A stretch of 60,081 nucleotides of DNA from an uncultured Oscillospiraceae bacterium (lineage in GTDB: Bacteria; Bacillota; Clostridia; Oscillospirales; Oscillospiraceae), in the NCBI GenBank assembly GCA_964408545.1, contig CAYOZT010000001.1:1-60081 (forward strand), read 5' to 3'. The notes beneath the pieces were generated by a model. That model had not been told where the DNA came from. It did no database searches and saw nothing but the letters and a program-made list of their open reading frames with translations. Of this stretch, positions 48,028-56,396 are shown piece after piece; position 1 is the stretch's first letter; each line of letters begins with the position of its first letter. The position numbers were made by a program, and so were the translations under genes.

Positions 48028-49065
48028 ATGAGTCTTGAATTTTCTCAGCAATTGGATACCCCCCTTATTTCGCCGACTTTTGCGCCGCAGGATGCCGCCG
48101 AGATCGGCCTGCGTCCGAAGCGTTTGGCCGATTACACCGGACAGGAAAAGGCGAAGGATAATCTCTCCGTTTACATCGAGGCCGCCCGCATGAGAGGGGA
48201 GAGCCTCGACCATACGCTGCTGTACGGCCCTCCCGGTCTCGGAAAAACGACGCTCGCGGGCGTCATCGCCAATGAAATGGGCGTCAATATCCGCATCACC
48301 TCCGGCCCCGCCATCGAAAAACCGGGCGATCTTGCAGCACTGTTGACCAATCTCAATCCCGGCGATATCCTCTTTATCGACGAGATCCACCGCTTAAATC
48401 GCGTGGTCGAAGAGATCCTCTATCCCGGGATGGAGGATTTTGCCATCGATATCATCGTCGGAAAGGGCCCGAGCGCGAATTCCATCCGCTTGGATCTGCC
48501 GAAATTCACCCTCATCGGTGCGACGACGCGCGCGGGGCAGCTGTCCGCGCCGCTGCGTGACCGCTTCGGCGTGTCGCTGCGCTTGGAACTGTACACGCCG
48601 GAAGAATTGTCGCGCATCGTCACCCGTTCGGCGACGATCCTCGGGATGCAGATCGATCCGCGCGGCGCCATGGAGATCGCCTCACGCAGCCGCGGCACGC
48701 CGCGTATCGCCAACCGCTTTTTGCGCCGCGTGCGCGATTTCGCGCAGATCATGTGCGACGGCGTCATCACCAAGGAGGCTGCCGACCTTGCGCTTTCGCG
48801 GCTCGAGGTCGATGCGCTCGGACTTGACGCCATTGACCGCCGTATGCTGACAGCCATCATCCGCAATTACGGCGGCGGCCCCGTCGGCCTCGAAACACTG
48901 GCTGCGACCATCGGCGAAGAGGCGGTGACACTGGAGGACGTGTATGAGCCGTATTTGATGCAGCTCGGATTTTTGACGCGTACTCCGCGCGGTCGCTGCG
49001 TCACAAAATCGGCGTATGATCATCTGCACATCCCGTTTGAAGGGCAATCGAGCTTCGATATTTGA
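48028..49065 (+). CDS. ruvB: Holliday junction branch migration helicase
   Basis: [44 protein letters not shown]. Confidence 0.97.
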   Translation: MSLEFSQQLDTPLISPTFAPQDAAEIGLRPKRLADYTGQEKAKDNLSVYIEAARMRGESLDHTLLYGPPGLGKTTLAGVIANEMGVNIRITSGPAIEKPGDLAALLTNLNPGDILFIDEIHRLNRVVEEILYPGMEDFAIDIIVGKGPSANSIRLDLPKFTLIGATTRAGQLSAPLRDRFGVSLRLELYTPEELSRIVTRSATILGMQIDPRGAMEIASRSRGTPRIANRFLRRVRDFAQIMCDGVITKEAADLALSRLEVDALGLDAIDRRMLTAIIRNYGGGPVGLETLAATIGEEAVTLEDVYEPYLMQLGFLTRTPRGRCVTKSAYDHLHIPFEGQSSFDI

Positions 49066-49127
49066 TGTGTTCTGCACCGTTCGGACAGAAAAATGTGGTT
49101 TTTCTGCGAAAAAATGTGGATTTCCGA

Positions 49128-49155
49128 TTGACAAATTCGATTTGTATGATATAAT
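49128..49155 (+). promoter_or_regulatory. SigA promoter
   Basis: TTGACA-16 nt-TATAAT with extended TG. Confidence 0.65.
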
Positions 49156-49255
49156 TCAAAAAGTGGCGACGCCACACATTATTCACAGACTCCGAGTTCC
49201 AAGCGATTTTCGCGGTGGCTTCCACGGGGCAAACAACCGAAAAGAGGTAAAAACA

Positions 49256-49534
49256 ATGTACGAAGACAAGAATTTGGTTTGCAAAGAGTGCGGCAATGAG
49301 TTCGTGTTCACCGCCGGTGAGCAGGCTTTCTACGCTGAGCGTGGCTTCCAGAATGCTCCCCAGCGCTGCAAGGCTTGCCGTGACGCCCGCAAGAACGCTA
49401 CCCGCGGTCCCCGTGAGTTCTTCACTGCTACCTGCGCCCGTTGCGGCGGTGAGGCCAAGGTTCCCTTTGAGCCGAAGACCGACCGTCCCGTGTTCTGCAG
49501 CGAGTGCTTCGCTCAGATGCGCAACGAGGGTTGA
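49256..49534 (+). CDS. Double zinc-ribbon protein (zf-trcl plus CxxC-x17-CxxC)
   Basis: CKEC..FVFTAGEQAFY..GF...PQRCKAC and CARC-x17-CSEC; codon usage resembles the nearby ribosomal protein genes. Confidence 0.9.
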   Translation: MYEDKNLVCKECGNEFVFTAGEQAFYAERGFQNAPQRCKACRDARKNATRGPREFFTATCARCGGEAKVPFEPKTDRPVFCSECFAQMRNEG

Positions 49535-49543
49535 TTCTTATCC

Positions 49544-49580
49544 AAAAATCACCGAGGCCGCTTTGGCCTCGGTATTTTTT
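49544..49580 (+). terminator. Intrinsic terminator
   Basis: ACCGAGGCC-GCTTT-GGCCTCGGT-ATTTTTT. Confidence 0.85.
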
Positions 49581-49629
49581 GCGATCTGCGCGTATCGCGA
49601 AGATTTTACGAAAAAAGCGAAAAAAGTGC

Positions 49630-49658
49630 TTGACAAAAAGGAGAAGCCGTGCTAAAAT
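49630..49658 (+). promoter_or_regulatory. SigA promoter of the infC operon
   Basis: TTGACA-17 nt-TAAAAT. Confidence 0.75.
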
Positions 49659-49664
49659 CAGCAG

Positions 49665-49788
49665 GTAATAAAGAAGGCTGAACATCCGCCTCACCGTAAG
49701 CGACTTGCAAAACGGTCAATATTCCACGCGCTCCCGTAGGGGAGTGTTGCGGAATGTGTGCGGGTGCCTCGGCATCCGTTTTTTGTTG
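49665..49788 (+). ncRNA. Ribosomal protein L20 leader (attenuator)
   Basis: Structured ~120-nt leader before infC-rpmI-rplT ending in CGGGTGCC-TC-GGCATCCG-TTTTTT terminator; this is the known position of the Firmicutes L20 leader. Confidence 0.75.
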
Positions 49789-49808
49789 TTATTTTGGAGG
49801 TGTTTCCT

Positions 49809-50327
49809 ATCGCAAAGTTAGAACATCGGCTCAATGAGGAGATCCGTGACAAGCAGGTGCGCCTGATCGGTGCCGACGGTGCTCAGTTGGGCATCGTTTC
49901 CGCGGACGAGGCCAATCATTTGGCCGAGGAAGCCGGCATGGATCTGGTGGAGATCTCTCCCAACGCCCAGCCGCCCGTCTGTAAGATCATGGACTATTCC
50001 AAGTACTGCTTCGATCAGAAGAAGCGGGAAAAGGAAGCCCGCAAAAATCAGAAGGTCGTGGAGATCAAGGAGATCCGCATGAGCCCCGGCATCGACACCA
50101 ATGATTTCAACACCAAGGTCAAGGCCGCTCAGAAATTCCTGACGGACGGCAACCGGGTGAAGGTCAGCGTACGTTTTCGCGGACGCGAAATGGCACATAC
50201 CAATCTTGGTGAAAAGTTGCTGATGGACTTTGCGCAGGCCGTTGCCGAAATCGCCACCATGGAGAAAAATCCCAAACTCGAAGGCCGTTTCATGGCAATG
50301 TTCCTTACCCCCAAAGCCGGCAAGTAA
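49809..50327 (+). CDS. infC: Translation initiation factor IF-3 (non-canonical ATC start)
   Basis: [28 protein letters not shown]; GGAGGTG RBS followed by in-frame ATC at 49809. Confidence 0.95.
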   Translation: MAKLEHRLNEEIRDKQVRLIGADGAQLGIVSADEANHLAEEAGMDLVEISPNAQPPVCKIMDYSKYCFDQKKREKEARKNQKVVEIKEIRMSPGIDTNDFNTKVKAAQKFLTDGNRVKVSVRFRGREMAHTNLGEKLLMDFAQAVAEIATMEKNPKLEGRFMAMFLTPKAGK

Positions 50328-50361
50328 CACACTACACACAATATCGGAAGGAGAACTACCC

Positions 50362-50559
50362 ATGCCCAAGCTGAAAACCCATAGCGGTGCCAAGAAAAGA
50401 TTCAACCTGACCAAGACCGGTAAGGTTAAGAGAGCGCGCGCCTACAAAAGCCACATCCTCACCAAGAAAACCACCAAACGCACCCGTCGTCTTCGCACCA
50501 CCGCTTATGCCGACGTGACCAATGTCGACGCGATCAAGAAGATGATCCCGTACAAATAA
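50362..50559 (+). CDS. rpmI: 50S ribosomal protein L35
   Basis: [20 protein letters not shown]. Confidence 0.97.
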   Translation: MPKLKTHSGAKKRFNLTKTGKVKRARAYKSHILTKKTTKRTRRLRTTAYADVTNVDAIKKMIPYK

Positions 50560-50577
50560 GAATAGGAGGATAGACAA

Positions 50578-50934
50578 ATGGCAAGAGTAAAAGGCGCAAT
50601 GATGACGCGCAAAAGAAGAAATGCTACCCTGAAGCTGGCAAAGGGCTACTGGGGTTCCAAATCCAAGCACTTTAAGATGGCCAAGCAGGCCGTTATGAAG
50701 TCCGGCAACTATGCTTTCGTCGGCCGTAAGCAGAAGAAGCGCGATTTCCGCAGACTCTGGATCACCCGTATCTCCGCCGCCGTGGCTCCCTACGGCCTGA
50801 ACTACTCCAAGTTCATGAACGGTCTGAAGAAGGCCGGTATCGAGATGAACCGTAAGAGCCTGTCCGAGATGGCCATCCATGACGCCGCCGCGTTCGCTGC
50901 CGTCGTCGAGAAGGCCAAGGCTGCGCTGAACTAA
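50578..50934 (+). CDS. rplT: 50S ribosomal protein L20
   Basis: [33 protein letters not shown]. Confidence 0.97.
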   Translation: MARVKGAMMTRKRRNATLKLAKGYWGSKSKHFKMAKQAVMKSGNYAFVGRKQKKRDFRRLWITRISAAVAPYGLNYSKFMNGLKKAGIEMNRKSLSEMAIHDAAAFAAVVEKAKAALN

Positions 50935-50997
50935 GCTGCATATCCAAGAGCGCGCTGCATTTGCAACGCGCTCTTTTCTCAAAAGAAGGGGATCCGA

Positions 50998-51876
50998 ATG
51001 GAACTGACCCACACGGCGACACGCTGCGGGAGACTCTCCTCGTTCCTGCGCACGGAGATGCAGATTTCCTCGGGGCTGGTCAATCGCCTGAAATGGCATG
51101 AAAAAATTCTGGTCAACGGCAAACCGGAGCACACGGACTTTCCGGTGCAACCGGGGGACGAGATCACCGTCATCATGGATGCGCCCGCGCCGGAGTATCC
51201 GGCGCGGCAAGGCACGCTGGAGATCTTATATGAAGACGAGTACCTTCTGGCAGTGGATAAGCCCGCCGGGATGCTCATCCATCCGTCTCGCGCGAAAAAC
51301 GAGGGGACACTTGCCAACTTCGTGGCAGGATATTATGAAAAGACGGGGCAGAAGTGCGCCTTCCACCCGGTAACAAGATTGGATCGGGATACCTTCGGTA
51401 TCGTGTTGCTGGCAAAAAATGCCCATATTCACGCTTTGCTTCAAAACGCAAAGCTGCAAAAGACCTATCACGCGCTGGTATTCGGCCGCCCTCAACACGA
51501 TGCGGGCATCATCGACGCGCCGATCGAGCGCCAACCGCTGCCGAGCCTGTTGCGATTTGTCGGCAAAGGCGGAAAGCCGTCGGTGACGGAGTTTCGCGTG
51601 CTCGAAAGCGGGGGAAATTGCTCGAAATTGGCACTTCGTCCCGTCACGGGACGGACGCATCAGCTGCGCGTGCACTGCGCGCACATGGGCTTTCCCATTT
51701 TGGGCGATCCGCAGTACGCAAGCGAAGCGTCTGCGGCCTTTTCCGAGCGGATCGGGCTGCGGCACCAGCTCCTTTGCGCGCACGAGATCGCGCTTGCCCA
51801 TCCGATCACGGCTGCGCCGCTTGTGCTGAGCAGCCGCATGGATGTTACAGCTTCAGATGTGCGCGATGCTTTTTGA
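50998..51876 (+). CDS. RluA/RluD family pseudouridine synthase
   Basis: ILYEDE, VDKPAG, RLDRDT catalytic Asp, TGRTHQLRVH, PILGD. Confidence 0.92.
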   Translation: MELTHTATRCGRLSSFLRTEMQISSGLVNRLKWHEKILVNGKPEHTDFPVQPGDEITVIMDAPAPEYPARQGTLEILYEDEYLLAVDKPAGMLIHPSRAKNEGTLANFVAGYYEKTGQKCAFHPVTRLDRDTFGIVLLAKNAHIHALLQNAKLQKTYHALVFGRPQHDAGIIDAPIERQPLPSLLRFVGKGGKPSVTEFRVLESGGNCSKLALRPVTGRTHQLRVHCAHMGFPILGDPQYASEASAAFSERIGLRHQLLCAHEIALAHPITAAPLVLSSRMDVTASDVRDAF

Positions 51877-52345
51877 CACTGTAAAAAACAGCCGTGCCCG
51901 CGCTGAGCAGCACCGCGGCCTCTCCAAGGGCGACGCAGGCGGCATTGAGGAAAAATCCGCTGCCGATGTAGATGCTCAGCTCCGCGCCGACGAGCACGCC
52001 GTTCCACACGGCGGGCATGAGCATGGCGGGCAGGGGATAGCCGTGGATGCAAACGCGGCGCATTTTCCACATACACGCGGCTGCGCCCGCCGTGGCGAGG
52101 CTGCCGACGAGAAAATCCAAGGGAAGCGCCGCGCCGCTGATGAGGTTGAACAGCAGGCATCCGATGCTCAAGCCCGCGATCGCCGACGGCGTGAACAGTG
52201 CCAGCACGCTCAGCGCCTCCGATAAGCGAAATTGCACGGCCATGGACGCCGAGTCGGGAAAGATCATATTTTGCAGCTGCGTCAGCACCACATACAGTGC
52301 GGCGATCAGCGCGCCGCGCACGAGCGAACGAGTTTGATCACGCAT
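51845..52345 (-). CDS. queT: Queuosine precursor transporter QueT
   Basis: ALIAALYVVLT, VQFRLSEAL, GLSIGCLLFNL, VGAEL; preQ1 riboswitch upstream. Confidence 0.92.
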   Translation of the reverse strand: MRDQTRSLVRGALIAALYVVLTQLQNMIFPDSASMAVQFRLSEALSVLALFTPSAIAGLSIGCLLFNLISGAALPLDFLVGSLATAGAAACMWKMRRVCIHGYPLPAMLMPAVWNGVLVGAELSIYIGSGFFLNAACVALGEAAVLLSAGTAVFYSVKKHRAHLKL

Positions 52346-52359
52346 AAAAAAGTCTCCGA

Positions 52360-52390
52360 AAAACGAAAAAATGAGCGCAGTGCGCCCATC
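52360..52390 (-). terminator. Expression-platform terminator of the preQ1 riboswitch
   Basis: Minus strand ATGGGCGC-ACT-GCGCTCAT-TTTTCGTTTT. Confidence 0.7.
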
Positions 52391-52392
52391 AA

Positions 52393-52438
52393 GTCCCTAG
52401 TTTTGTTTACAGACAGGATGGTCACGAACTGTCTTATT
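52393..52438 (-). ncRNA. preQ1-I riboswitch
   Basis: Minus strand AGACAG-TTCGTGACCATC-CTGTCT-GTAAACAAAACTAG: P1 stem, GTTC loop and A-rich AAAACTAG tail; upstream of queT. Confidence 0.9.
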
Positions 52439-52572
52439 GCATTACCACGGAATTCTAGCACTTCGCGGCGCAAAAGTCAAGTGTTTATAAATTATTCATT
52501 GGATTTTTTGCGCGGATATGTTATAATGCCCCGGTGAGAGAAAAACGCCCGCGGGCGAAAATGAGGTTTGCT

Positions 52573-53046
52573 ATGTTGTTGAAGTATTTGACGGTTTTCC
52601 TGATCGCCATGGTACCCTTGATCGAGATCCGAGGCGCCGTGCCCGTGGCCTTGGGCATGGGATTGCCGCTCATCCCGTCGATGATCGTGTGCGTGGTGGG
52701 CAATATGGTGCCGGTTCCGATCATTTATCTGTTCGCGCGGCGTTTTCTCAATTGGGGTGCGAAGCAGAAGCACATCGGTCGCTTTTGCGGCTTTTTCCTC
52801 GAAAAAGGGGAGCGGGCAGGGCAGAAGCTGGTCGCGAAAACGGGACGCGGCGGCTTGGCGGCCGCACTGATGATCTTCGTCGGCATACCGCTGCCGGGAA
52901 CGGGCGCATGGACGGGCACGCTCGGCGCAAGTTTCCTCGATATGGGGCCGAAATCGACCACGGTCGCGGTCTGCTTGGGCGTGATCATGTCCGGCTCCAT
53001 CATGACCGTCATCAGCATTTTGGGGCTACACCTGTTCGGATTATAA
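52573..53046 (+). CDS. COG2426 small multi-drug export family membrane protein
   Basis: MVPLIEIRGAVP, GNMVPVP, FVGIPLPGTGAWTG. Confidence 0.9.
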   Translation: MLLKYLTVFLIAMVPLIEIRGAVPVALGMGLPLIPSMIVCVVGNMVPVPIIYLFARRFLNWGAKQKHIGRFCGFFLEKGERAGQKLVAKTGRGGLAAALMIFVGIPLPGTGAWTGTLGASFLDMGPKSTTVAVCLGVIMSGSIMTVISILGLHLFGL

Positions 53047-53202
53047 CACGGCGTTCAAGGACGTATCGCATTTTCGCGATGCGTCTTTTTTGTAAAAATT
53101 CCTTGACAAATTCCAAACACCGTCGTATAATAAAAACGGGCGTTGCAAAACGACCGATTTGAAAGATTGCTTACACCGAATTCAGAAAATTGGGAGGTCA
53201 TC

Positions 53203-53790
53203 ATGAAAACATTGAAAACCATTCAGACACTTGCCAAAATCGGCAAGATCCTCAGTAAGATCGTCTTTATTTGCAGCATCGTCGGCCTGTGCCTCTGCGG
53301 CGTCGGCTTTTTGGGGCTCGTCATCGGCGGCCGCGACATTGAACTCGGCAGCGTAACGCTGCATTTGCTGCAGACAACGGGAGTGAACCTCACCCTCGGC
53401 GACGTCTGGGTCGCTATTTTTGTGCAAGCCTTTGAATGTATCGGCGAGATGATCGTTTCGAAGATCGCGCTGGATTATTTCAAAAATGAGCTCGAGCAGG
53501 GGACACCCTTCCACATGGACGGCGCAAAGGAGCTGCAGCGTTTGGGAATCTATACTATTTGGGTGCCGATCGCGGCGGCGGTAGTAGGGGAGATCGCGTT
53601 GAGCATCGTTGTATTGCTGGGTGACCATACCACACAGATCGTACATACGAGCATCGACTGTGACGGCAACATCAGCTTGGGCATCATGTTCCTCGTTGCG
53701 TCCCTGCTGTGCCGATACGGCGCGCAGCTGCAGCAGGAAAAAGCGGATGCGCAGGAAACGCACGAAATCGAAGAAACGCAAAACGGATAA
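53203..53790 (+). CDS. Four-TM membrane protein (DUF2975-like)
   Basis: Four hydrophobic segments, GTPF...AKELQRLG, YGAQLQQE tail; GGGAGGT RBS. Confidence 0.7.
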   Translation: MKTLKTIQTLAKIGKILSKIVFICSIVGLCLCGVGFLGLVIGGRDIELGSVTLHLLQTTGVNLTLGDVWVAIFVQAFECIGEMIVSKIALDYFKNELEQGTPFHMDGAKELQRLGIYTIWVPIAAAVVGEIALSIVVLLGDHTTQIVHTSIDCDGNISLGIMFLVASLLCRYGAQLQQEKADAQETHEIEETQNG

Positions 53791-53798
53791 GAAAACTG

Positions 53799-53825
53799 CT
53801 GCGGGTGACCATGCGTCACCCGCAG
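53799..53825. terminator. Hairpin between convergent genes
   Basis: CTGCGGGTGAC-CATGC-GTCACCCGCAG. Confidence 0.75.
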
Positions 53826-53845
53826 CTGCTTATCCCCAATACGTG

Positions 53846-54907
53846 TTATTCTTCGATAATGACCAAGGGCTTGATCAAATCGCGCGGCTTATCCTTCATG
53901 AGCATCAGTGCCGGCTCGACATTTTCCAAGCCGACGAATCGATGCGTCACCAACTTTTCGGGGTGGATGCGCCCTGTCATGACAAGGGCTGCCAACTTTT
54001 CCATACGCAGCCTTCCGCCGGGCATCAGGCCGCCGCGGATCTGCTTGTGCGCCATTCCGCAGCCCCATTCGGCTCTCGGGATCTTCACGTATTCGCCTTC
54101 GCCCAAATAGTTGACATTGCCGATGATCCCGCCGGGCTTGAGCATACGGATCGCCTGATCGAAGGTATCGTTATCGCCGCCTGCAATGACGATCTTGTCG
54201 ACGCCTTTTCCGCCTGTTTTCGCCAAGATCTGCTCGACGATGTCGCCTTCTTTGTAATTGATGATCTGCGTTGCGCCAAATTCCAAGGCGAGATCGGCGC
54301 AATTTTTTCTCGAGCCGACGGCATAAACGGCGGATGCACCGCGGATCGCCGCGCCCGCTACCGCCATAAGCCCTACCGGGCCGATCCCGATAACCGCTAC
54401 GGTATCGCCGAACCGAATATCCGCCAATTCGACACCGTGTAATCCGGTCGGAACCATGTCGGCCAGCATACACGCCGCCGCAAGATCCATTCCGTCCGGA
54501 AGATGTGCCAGATTGCCGTCCGCATCGTTCACATGGAAGAACTCGGCGAAGACGCCGTCCTTGAAATTGGAAAATTTCCAGCCCGAGAGCATACCGCCCG
54601 AGTGCATGGCGTATCCGCCCTGCGCTTCCAAGGAGTTCCAGTCGGGCGTGATCGCCGCGATGAGCACGCGATCGCCGGGCTTGAAGTCCTTCACCTCCGA
54701 GCCGACCTCGACGACTTCGCCGACTGCTTCGTGACCTAAGATCATCTCGTGGCGATCGCCGATCGCACCTGCCCAGACCGTATGGACATCCGAAGTGCAA
54801 GGAGCAAGCGCAAGCGGCTTGCAGATCGCATCACACGGACCGCATATCGGTCTTTCCTTTTCCACCCAACCGGTTTCACCGATCCGCAACATTGCAAAAC
54901 CTTTCAT
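53846..54907 (-). CDS. adh: Zn-dependent NADP-type secondary alcohol (isopropanol) dehydrogenase
   Basis: MKGFAML, PCTSDVHT, GHEAVG, GWKFSNFKDG, GIGPVG, VGSR, WGCGMAH, MKDKPRDLIKP: clostridial/Thermoanaerobacter secondary ADH family. Confidence 0.9.
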   Translation of the reverse strand: MKGFAMLRIGETGWVEKERPICGPCDAICKPLALAPCTSDVHTVWAGAIGDRHEMILGHEAVGEVVEVGSEVKDFKPGDRVLIAAITPDWNSLEAQGGYAMHSGGMLSGWKFSNFKDGVFAEFFHVNDADGNLAHLPDGMDLAAACMLADMVPTGLHGVELADIRFGDTVAVIGIGPVGLMAVAGAAIRGASAVYAVGSRKNCADLALEFGATQIINYKEGDIVEQILAKTGGKGVDKIVIAGGDNDTFDQAIRMLKPGGIIGNVNYLGEGEYVKIPRAEWGCGMAHKQIRGGLMPGGRLRMEKLAALVMTGRIHPEKLVTHRFVGLENVEPALMLMKDKPRDLIKPLVIIEE

Positions 54908-54977
54908 AAAACAAGCCTCCAATCATATTATTTCGGTCGCTCAACATAATTTGTGAGCCATTCTTATTTACAAATAG

Positions 54978-55006
54978 ATAATAACATATCGATATGAATT
55001 TGTCAA
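54978..55006 (-). promoter_or_regulatory. SigA promoter of adh
   Basis: Minus strand TTGACA-17 nt-TATTAT with extended TG. Confidence 0.65.
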
Positions 55007-55290
55007 TAGGAGAATGAGAATTATTTGCATTTTTGGATAAAACACAGGCATATTGCGAAAATGTTCCGACCGAATTTCAAAAATGCGAATCGGGAAGAAT
55101 GGGGAACAGGCAGGATTTTGGCTTATTCTATGTCGGAAAACGCGGATCGTTACCCCAAAAACGCCCGCGCAGAAATTTTTTGCAGGAGATATATTGTCCG
55201 TTTTTCTCAGTGGGGCTTGCACGATCGTTTTCCGGTGTTGTTTGCATGAAGGGATTTGCTTGGAGGCAATTACGGAAAGAGGATAGGTGA

Positions 55291-55536
55291 TTGGGATTCA
55301 AGGAAAGATGGAGAAAATTCAAAAACGCGGTCCGCGATGCGCTGTGCAATCGGATCGGCGGCTATCGCTGCCGCTCTCAAGTTCCCGAGCATGAGATTAT
55401 GAAGCTCGTGCGGATGTACGGGCCGATCATTACCGAGTTTTTCGACAACGAGGAAGAAAAGGTGAAGTTTCAAAAGTGGAGAGAGGCGCAAAAAGAAATT
55501 ACGAATAAGAAAAAGCAACCGGACACGGTCGCATAA
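55291..55536 (+). CDS. Small hypothetical protein, probably mobile-element associated
   Basis: 81-aa ORF with upstream GAGGA and a downstream hairpin (55545-55571); C-terminal PEHEI...P.I.EFF..EE....F..W pattern. Confidence 0.55.
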   Translation: MGFKERWRKFKNAVRDALCNRIGGYRCRSQVPEHEIMKLVRMYGPIITEFFDNEEEKVKFQKWREAQKEITNKKKQPDTVA

Positions 55537-55699
55537 AGAGCAGACCTCGGCAGGGCGTTTCCTTGCCGAGGCTATTCTCATTTCTTGCTGTTAAAGTTGG
55601 GATACTCAAAGAAAACAAATAATCCGAACGACTCTCCAAAGAGGAGAATGTTCGGATTATTGTCATGTGGTACGAGTGTTCATAACGAAACTACCGAAA

Positions 55700-55839
55700 A
55701 AGCGTTTCACGGCAGGCAAAGCATATTCCGCGGCGTACCTTGCCGAAAATTTGCCGATCCGATGCGTTGGGTACGGGAGATGAACCGTATCAAGGCAAGC
55801 GCCGAGGAGACCGTTCTCAAAGAACGCATTTACAAATGA
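55700..55839 (+). pseudogene. tnpV: tnpV remnant
   Basis: DPMRWVREMNRIKASAEETVLKERIY matches the TnpV C-terminal pattern; TAGK...AYLAE in another frame just upstream; no intact N-terminus. Confidence 0.7.
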
Positions 55840-55869
55840 AGAATTTTTTGGCAAATTGCAAAAAAGGGC

Positions 55870-55898
55870 TTGAAAAACGGAGCGCAGATGTGTATAAT
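55870..55898 (+). promoter_or_regulatory. SigA promoter upstream of the hairpin array and B12 riboswitch
   Basis: TTGAAA-17 nt-TATAAT. Confidence 0.7.
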
Positions 55899-55921
55899 AT
55901 GTCTGCAAGTCAAGTGCGTAT

Positions 55922-56023
55922 CAAGGGACGGGTACCCGTCCCTTGCCCGTAGGGTTCCCTGCGGACGCGAAATTTGCGTAAAGCGGATATCCGCTTTTAT
56001 GTTCCCGACGAGCGGGAACATAA
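55922..56023. repeat. Five abutting inverted repeats
   Basis: Perfect palindromes at 55922-55945 and 55980-55997, plus hairpins at 55947-55964, 55965-55979 and 55997-56023. Confidence 0.85.
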
Positions 56024-56045
56024 TGGTACTTTGTCTATAATTTAG

Positions 56046-56243
56046 TTGCACAGAGGCAATGCGTCCGTAGCGGCGGAAACGTCAGGCGCAAAGCTGAACA
56101 AGGGAATGGGGTGCAAGTCCCCGCATCGACCGATGCTGTAAGCGTTTAGAATCATGTCCGTCGGCGAAAGCCGGTCATTGGAGCGATCTGAGAAGGCAGG
56201 GCGTGATTTGCCTGAGACGCAAGTCAGAAGAACTACTGTGTAA
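56046..56243 (+). ncRNA. Cobalamin riboswitch
   Basis: AAGGGAA-TGGGGTGCAAGTCCCC, GCTGTAAG, CATTG...GAGAAGG, B12-box-like AAGTCAGAAGAACT; P1 GCACAG/CTGTGT. Confidence 0.9.
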
Positions 56244-56260
56244 AGCAATGTTTTCGAGAA

Positions 56261-56315
56261 CGGTTACGGAGATGTTGCGCCCTTTTTGGGCGGATATCTC
56301 GTAACCGCTTTTTTG
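56261..56315 (+). terminator. Riboswitch expression-platform terminator
   Basis: CGGTTACGGAGATG...TATCTCGTAACCG followed by CTTTTTTG. Confidence 0.8.
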
Positions 56316-56396
56316 TTTTCTTCGTTGTCAAAGGGGTCATCCCCTCGGACATAGATTCTTTTTTGCAATACTATTAAATTAGGAAGGAAGTTCATT

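Noticed and set aside
54940-55010. Rex operator upstream of adh
   Set aside because: TTGTGAG...TTACAA half-sites are too far apart for the 18-bp TTGTGAA-N4-TTCACAA consensus
55660-55700. tRNA gene at the mobile-element scar (minus strand ends ...GTACCA)
   Set aside because: No T-arm GTTCRA or cloverleaf can be built
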